A DNA stretch of 43,756 nt from Solobacterium sp. (GTDB taxonomy: Bacteria; Bacillota_I; Bacilli_A; Erysipelotrichales; Erysipelotrichaceae), in assembly GCA_017515505.1 (NCBI GenBank), contig JAFWFT010000016.1:1-43756 (forward strand). The letters are read 5' to 3'. The number at the start of each line of letters is the position of its first letter. Positions within the stretch are counted from its first letter, which is position 1. Below, one piece after another: positions 38,535 through 43,756 of the stretch. A model generated the notes under the pieces. The model made no database searches. It saw only the letters and a program-made list of their open reading frames with translations, and was not told the origin of the DNA. The position numbers were made by a program, and so were the translations under genes.

Positions 38535-39206
38535 TTAATGTGTATATCGATACGTCATGATGTCAAAGATACCACCTTCATCAAAACTTGTATATTTTCC
38601 AGGATGGATATAAGAAATGGACATTTGTAAGGATTGTATCTTTGGCTTAAAGAATGAGAATGTATGATATCCAATCCAGAAACTACTATCATAGTATTGA
38701 TTGACGAGTTCTTCTTGTTCATCATGTGTGTAGTAGATTTCTTTGCCGGAAATATAAAGTAGGAAATGAATATCAATATTTGTGTTATTTAAATCAAATG
38801 TACCGGATTGAATATAGTCATGATAGAAATTTTTTATTAAGAGAGGACCTTCTATATAGTCATAGATAGGTTCTTCATCTTTATCAACACTAATCGTAAT
38901 GGAATCACAATAATAATCACCATAAAGTTCAATAACTTTTTCAAAGGAATCACCTGGTTTTAAACCGAAGGTGGTTTCAAGGTTTGTGGTTTGATATGCG
39001 TATTGTGTATCAAAAGTAAGATTTTTTAAAGAAGGCTTTTCACCGGTTTCTGTGTTCACTAAGAAGTAATCATCCACAGGAAGATAGTGATCAGGAACAC
39101 TTCGATTCTTCACAAAAAGAGAAGTATAATTCCATGTCCACGCAATGAAAAGGGCGATCACTATGATGAGAATTTGAAACAATAATTTCCACGAAAATTT
39201 TTTCAT
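38535..39206 (-). CDS. Hypothetical membrane-anchored exported protein
   Basis: 223 aa; N-terminal MKKFSWK plus a hydrophobic helix, then a soluble domain. Confidence 0.75.
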   Translation of the reverse strand: MKKFSWKLLFQILIIVIALFIAWTWNYTSLFVKNRSVPDHYLPVDDYFLVNTETGEKPSLKNLTFDTQYAYQTTNLETTFGLKPGDSFEKVIELYGDYYCDSITISVDKDEEPIYDYIEGPLLIKNFYHDYIQSGTFDLNNTNIDIHFLLYISGKEIYYTHDEQEELVNQYYDSSFWIGYHTFSFFKPKIQSLQMSISYIHPGKYTSFDEGGIFDIMTYRYTH

Positions 39207-39261
39207 GTGTTAATTATAACGTAATTATGGAAGGTAAAAAAATAAGAACTTAATGGAGTTC

Positions 39262-40014
39262 TTATTTTGTAGGTTCACTTGTTGTGACTGGGAAGAAGCT
39301 TGTGGTCATACGAATGAGAGGGGAAGAGACATTAAGTGTAACTTTCTTAACTTTCTTGTCTTCTTCTTGAACTTCCTTCATCGCAGACTTTTCTTCGTCC
39401 TTCATTTTTTCTTCTTTGACTGCATCATACTTGCGGATGACATCAATCTCAATATTCTCAATATCTGCATCAACGAGTTCTGGAGCAATCGCTAATTGAA
39501 CTTGTTGGGTTTCTAGATTACGGATTGGATTCTCTTCGTTTAGCAGATTTGGATTTACTAAATCGGAGTGGTCCACATTTGTAACAGGGCCATCTAAATA
39601 GATATATCCAATGAGACCTTGTCCATAACGAGAACCATAGCCACTTGACCATCCCTCGTTATAGCCACCACCGAAGCCGCCTTCCTTAATATAGATATTA
39701 CCTTCGCCATCAACCTCAGTTACATAAACAACGTGTCCATACCATACGCCTACGGAGTTTGCTCTAGGTTCTGTACCAACAGAGTATCCCGCAGCCGCAG
39801 CATTGCCATACCATTGGCTAGCATTACCTAAGCTTGGTAGAGCGATACCAGTTGCCTCGTATACAAGCTGCCAAGCAGACCACGTACAGTTGGACCATCC
39901 TCCACCATAGGGGTTGTAACTTTCTGCCTTTACACTCTGACTATACGATAGAAAGAGTAGTAAACTCAGTGTGATGGTGAGTAATTTTATAATTGCTTTT
40001 CTCAACATACTCAT
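39262..40014 (-). CDS. Secreted CHAP-domain peptidoglycan amidase/peptidase
   Basis: Signal peptide (VKA|E), NCTW (catalytic Cys), LGNASQW, GHVVYV (catalytic His), GYIY, and a charged C-terminal extension. Confidence 0.85.
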   Translation of the reverse strand: MSMLRKAIIKLLTITLSLLLFLSYSQSVKAESYNPYGGGWSNCTWSAWQLVYEATGIALPSLGNASQWYGNAAAAGYSVGTEPRANSVGVWYGHVVYVTEVDGEGNIYIKEGGFGGGYNEGWSSGYGSRYGQGLIGYIYLDGPVTNVDHSDLVNPNLLNEENPIRNLETQQVQLAIAPELVDADIENIEIDVIRKYDAVKEEKMKDEEKSAMKEVQEEDKKVKKVTLNVSSPLIRMTTSFFPVTTSEPTK

Positions 40015-40061
40015 ATATTATCTACCTATTTAGAATAGAAAACAAGCAAAAAATATACATT

Positions 40062-40079
40062 TTGTGAACAGTTTCACAA
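40062..40079. promoter_or_regulatory. Perfect palindromic operator matching the Rex-box consensus
   Basis: TTGTGAA-CAGT-TTCACAA between the divergent CHAP and XRE-TM genes. Confidence 0.6.
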
Positions 40080-40148
40080 TATAATTGTAATGAAAAGTGG
40101 AAAAATTGATGAGAAAACAGTAAAATGTGATAACAGGGGGATGTTTTA

Positions 40149-42437
40149 ATGAGCAATCGTCTACCAGAAAAACTATCTACACTTAGAAAACATTTTTCCT
40201 ATTCGCTTGCGGATGTAGCGGAAAAACTTCAAGTTCCTGTACAGGAATATATGAAATGGGAAAATGGAAATATATTATGCGACATCATGCATTTAAAGAT
40301 GATTGCAGCTTTTTATAATATTCCCATTCGTTCCTTATTGGATAACACAAAAGAATTAGAACTTCCTGAATTAGGGACAACCTATTCGACAGTGGATATT
40401 CCTTTTATCGATAAGATTAATCAAGGGGTTATGAAAGAACCTTCTTATCAAAATGCAACAATGGTTGAAATCGAAAAAGAACCTCAATTTGAACCTTCCG
40501 TTTCTCAACCTGTTGCAGAAGATACGATTGAACATACTCGTTTAATAAATAAGGATGAGTTTGAGCAAACCATCGCACAGAGAATAGTTGATGATGAACC
40601 TAAACCACGTCAGCCAAAGAAGAGAGTTGAAGAAACATCTGGATTCCAAATTCCTTTGCGAATGGTTGGTTATATGGGTGCTGCGCTAGCTTTTTTATTA
40701 GTATTATTACTTGGATTTAATTGGATTCGAAATCGAACCGGTTCCGTTAATAATACATTAACAAAAGTTAATCGTGTTGTATTAACAGATCGTTATTCTA
40801 TTTACTTAGATGATACCGGTTCTTTAGTGACACGGGGAGAAGTTCCAACCCTCGCAGATTTTAATAATGTTGTTCAGATTAGTTCAAATGGAAATGGTCT
40901 TCTTGGATTAAAAAAAGATGGAAAAGTTGTATGTACGGGTGCGGGAACTGCGTGTGAAGTAAATGATTGGAAAAATATTACAATGATTGCTGCGGGCACA
41001 CAACATTCAGTAGGTCTAAAAGAAAATGGCGAAGTTGAATGTGTTGGTGCAGATCGAGCATGTTCAGTAAAAGATTGGAAAGATATTGAAGCAGTGTATG
41101 CCGGAAACGAAATCACAATCGGAAAAACAAAAGAAGGGAAATTACTTGTTGCAGGTAAAGTGTCTTCTCAAACATCTTTAGAAGAAGCTGAGAATGTGAA
41201 AGATGTTTATATTGGAGAAACACAAATTATTGTTGTATATAATGATGGAACTGCATTATGTTATGGCATTGAAGGAAATGTTTTATCCAATACAGCAGGA
41301 TGGGCGAATATAAATCGTGCTGTAGCAGGAAATAATTATGCAATAGGTTTAACACAAAACGGAACAGTTGTAACAACAATTACAGATAGAGAAATAAAAG
41401 AAGCAATTGAAAAGTGGAAAGATATTTCTTATATTGCTGCACGTGGTAATACGATTATCGCAGTTAAGAACGGAAAGATTATTGGTGTAGGTGATAACAC
41501 CTATAAACAATATGGTACAGAAGAAGAAGTGGAAGCTTCTGATAATCCAGATTCTAAACTCAGTAAAGTTTCTAATATTCGTTTCACACCTACCAAAGCG
41601 GGTTTATCCATCCAATGGGATGCAGTACAAAATGCGAGTTATTATGAGATTACAGTGAATACTTCACCAGTAACGAAGATTAATGCGGCTAAGAATTCCG
41701 CAAGTATTGGTTCAAACCAATTAACATCTGGTACAACTTATACATTTACCTTTACGCCATATCCAAGTGATACTTCAAAATATAAAGAAGGCGAAACGGT
41801 AACCGTTGATTATAAGTATGAAGCATCCTTATTACAGTTAGAAAAACCGCAAAATGTCAGCGCAAAGCAAAATGGAAATCAATTAACAGTAACATGGAAT
41901 TCAGTTCAAAACGCAGATTATTATAATGTCGCTATTGAAAGTCTAGTACAAAAAGTGGAAGGAACTTCAGTTGACTTAGATGCATCCGGTATGAAAAATG
42001 ACAAAGAATATAAGATTTTTGTAACAGCAATGTCGAATAATACAAGCAAGTATTCTGAAAGTGAAGCAGGAACAATAAACTTTGTTTACCATACACCTGT
42101 AGTTGTACAACCATTAGCACAACCAACGATCAGTAATGATTGTCAGTACTTTGCTGAAACGCGCGAACTACAAATCACATTCACAAGAGCTGAAAATGCG
42201 GATCATTACGATATTTTGTTCCCAACGACAGGATTAACAAAAACAGAACCACAAAATGAATCGGGGGATTTAACTGTAAGAATACCAACGGGTGAATTAG
42301 AAAATGGAAAAGATTATCCTATAATAGTTAAAGCGATTCCGGCAGATACAAATCTTTACTCTCCAAGTGAAGCAAGCATCATGTATAAACATGTGAATCA
42401 GGAAGGATCAGACAATCCAGGGGAGGGCAATAACTAA
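40149..42437 (+). CDS. Membrane-spanning regulator: XRE HTH, TM helix, RCC1/BLIP-II-like beta-propeller and three Fn3-like domains
   Basis: N-terminal LSTLRKHFSYSLADVAEKL..WENG HTH; TM GAALAFLLVLLLGF; about 36-aa repeats such as WKNITMIAAGTQHSVGLKENGEV; Fn3-like motifs WDAVQNASYY, WNSVQNADYY, FTRAENADHY. Confidence 0.85.
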   Translation: MSNRLPEKLSTLRKHFSYSLADVAEKLQVPVQEYMKWENGNILCDIMHLKMIAAFYNIPIRSLLDNTKELELPELGTTYSTVDIPFIDKINQGVMKEPSYQNATMVEIEKEPQFEPSVSQPVAEDTIEHTRLINKDEFEQTIAQRIVDDEPKPRQPKKRVEETSGFQIPLRMVGYMGAALAFLLVLLLGFNWIRNRTGSVNNTLTKVNRVVLTDRYSIYLDDTGSLVTRGEVPTLADFNNVVQISSNGNGLLGLKKDGKVVCTGAGTACEVNDWKNITMIAAGTQHSVGLKENGEVECVGADRACSVKDWKDIEAVYAGNEITIGKTKEGKLLVAGKVSSQTSLEEAENVKDVYIGETQIIVVYNDGTALCYGIEGNVLSNTAGWANINRAVAGNNYAIGLTQNGTVVTTITDREIKEAIEKWKDISYIAARGNTIIAVKNGKIIGVGDNTYKQYGTEEEVEASDNPDSKLSKVSNIRFTPTKAGLSIQWDAVQNASYYEITVNTSPVTKINAAKNSASIGSNQLTSGTTYTFTFTPYPSDTSKYKEGETVTVDYKYEASLLQLEKPQNVSAKQNGNQLTVTWNSVQNADYYNVAIESLVQKVEGTSVDLDASGMKNDKEYKIFVTAMSNNTSKYSESEAGTINFVYHTPVVVQPLAQPTISNDCQYFAETRELQITFTRAENADHYDILFPTTGLTKTEPQNESGDLTVRIPTGELENGKDYPIIVKAIPADTNLYSPSEASIMYKHVNQEGSDNPGEGNN

Positions 42438-42637
42438 TGAACAAAATATGGTATTACACAAAAGGTGACGGAAATAAATATGGACCATATACCGATGAAG
42501 AATTGGTAAAACTTATTAAACAAGATATTCTTACCCAAAATGATTATATCTGGATGATGGATTTAGATGAGTGGATTAAAATTGGGGATACAATTTATTC
42601 GGAATATTGCAAGAAAGATGAATCACTTCTACATTAG
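42437..42637 (+). CDS. GYF_2 (DUF4339) domain small protein
   Basis: WYYTKGDGNKYGPYTDEELVKLIKQDILTQNDYIWMMDLDEW; TAATG overlap with the upstream gene. Confidence 0.8.
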   Translation: MNKIWYYTKGDGNKYGPYTDEELVKLIKQDILTQNDYIWMMDLDEWIKIGDTIYSEYCKKDESLLH

Positions 42638-42694
42638 AAGTGGTTTTCTTTATGAAAACTATATAGAAAAAACATAATGGCTTTCCAATAATCG

Positions 42695-42722
42695 TTGACG
42701 AAACTTCGGGGGGGGGTACTAT
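42695..42722 (+). promoter_or_regulatory. SigA-type promoter with a poly-G (G9) spacer tract
   Basis: TTGACG (42695-42700), 16-nt spacer aaacttcGGGGGGGGG, TACTAT (42717-42722). Confidence 0.65.
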
Positions 42723-42796
42723 TTTTCTAAGGAGACATATGATAAAAAGGTACTCGCATCTTTTAAAAAGTGTAATAGGAGAATGGGGATAAGATA

Positions 42797-43756
42797 ATGG
42801 ATTTAACAAAAGTAGATTTCAAACCGATACTCGATTCTGCAAAATCATCAGAAGATGGTCTAGCAGTTTTTTTGCGCACTATTCAACCATATGTAATGAA
42901 TAAAGCGCGTTACATATTAGGTTCCAATGAAGCGGCAGAAGATATATATCAAAATGTATCATTAAAACTCTATAACAATTTAGATCATATAGATTCGAGA
43001 GGGTTTATGTCTTATTTAAAAAGAACCGTTACGAATGCATGTAATGATGAACTGCGAAAAGGACATAAATTAACTGATGATGGGGAAGAAGTAAAACTTG
43101 TATCATTAGATGAATATGAGGATTGGGATATTCCTGCTGAAGATCAAACGTTTGATTTAACGGAGGATTATCGTAATACGGTCGTGAATGAAGTTATAGA
43201 TTCATTACCTGAGAATCAAAGAGAAGTAATTGTTTTAAGGTATATGGATGATTTAAAGATTCGAGATATCGCGAATGAGTTAAATGTGAATGAGAACACA
43301 ATTAAATCTCGATTAAATCTTGCGTATAAGAAAATCGAACAACAAATCAATGTGATTCAAAAAAGAGATGGTATTCGTTTACACTCTTATACACCAATTA
43401 TGTTCTTCTTAATGTTATTTAAAAGAGGAGAAGGTGCATATGTTGGGGATATTTTAAAACCAATGGAAATAGCATCTGAAATATATGGGGTGTTAAAAGG
43501 CACGAATATTGTGGCAGAAGGAATTAAACATGTAGCAGGAGAAGCTGCAAGTAAAACGATTCCTACACCTCCACCAGCACCTACACCACCAGCTGCGCCA
43601 GTACCTATTCCAGATCCAGCTACAACAGTTGGAGTAGGTGGAAAGGCTCTTGGGAGTCTAACGGTTGGTAAGGTGGCTGCAGGTGTTGCGGCAGCAAGTG
43701 TTGCCTTAACGGGCGGATATTACGCAGTAAACCATTTTAATGATTTCGTATTATTA
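42797..43756 (+). CDS. ECF sigma-70 factor with a C-terminal Pro-rich linker and TM helix; 3'-truncated (absent from the ORF track)
   Basis: Open frame from ATG 42797 to the window end. Region 2: AAEDIYQNVSLKLYNNL..FMSYLKRTVTNACNDELRK. Region 4: LPENQREVIVLRYMDDLKIRDIANELNVNENTIKSRL. These are followed by PTPPPAPTPPAAPVPIPDP and KVAAGVAAASVALTGGYYAV. Confidence 0.9.
   Translation, partial: MDLTKVDFKPILDSAKSSEDGLAVFLRTIQPYVMNKARYILGSNEAAEDIYQNVSLKLYNNLDHIDSRGFMSYLKRTVTNACNDELRKGHKLTDDGEEVKLVSLDEYEDWDIPAEDQTFDLTEDYRNTVVNEVIDSLPENQREVIVLRYMDDLKIRDIANELNVNENTIKSRLNLAYKKIEQQINVIQKRDGIRLHSYTPIMFFLMLFKRGEGAYVGDILKPMEIASEIYGVLKGTNIVAEGIKHVAGEAASKTIPTPPPAPTPPAAPVPIPDPATTVGVGGKALGSLTVGKVAAGVAAASVALTGGYYAVNHFNDFVLL

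Noticed and set aside
42576-42809. 77-aa minus-strand ORF spanning the poly-G tract
   Set aside because: It overlaps both flanking genes in antisense and has no motif; the promoter interpretation fits better.

Overview
AT-rich, low-GC Firmicutes-type chromosomal segment; an Erysipelotrichaceae-like origin is my impression only. It opens inside a giant (>4400 aa) sortase-anchored surface protein built from BspA/DUF285 LRR cassettes, InlB-B repeats and pilin-like Ig domains. Next come an XpaC-like gene coupled to a two-module AAA+ ATPase, and an Rpn PD-(D/E)XK nuclease with a likely intragenic antitoxin start. The middle is mostly housekeeping and metabolic: two MATE transporters, Tex, a GDSL remnant, pdxK, msrA, a nucleoside kinase, a GH123-larC-SSB-like-malQ-galK-galM run, psuG, a membrane clostripain and gpmA. 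The window ends with an envelope-signalling cluster: a CHAP amidase divergent from an XRE-HTH/TM/RCC1-like/Fn3 protein, a GYF_2 protein and a membrane-tethered ECF sigma factor. That sigma factor's predicted promoter carries a G9 tract between -35 and -10, a candidate phase-variation switch. No rRNA, tRNA, CRISPR array, integrase or reverse transcriptase was recognised. All family assignments come from motif recognition by eye, not database searches.
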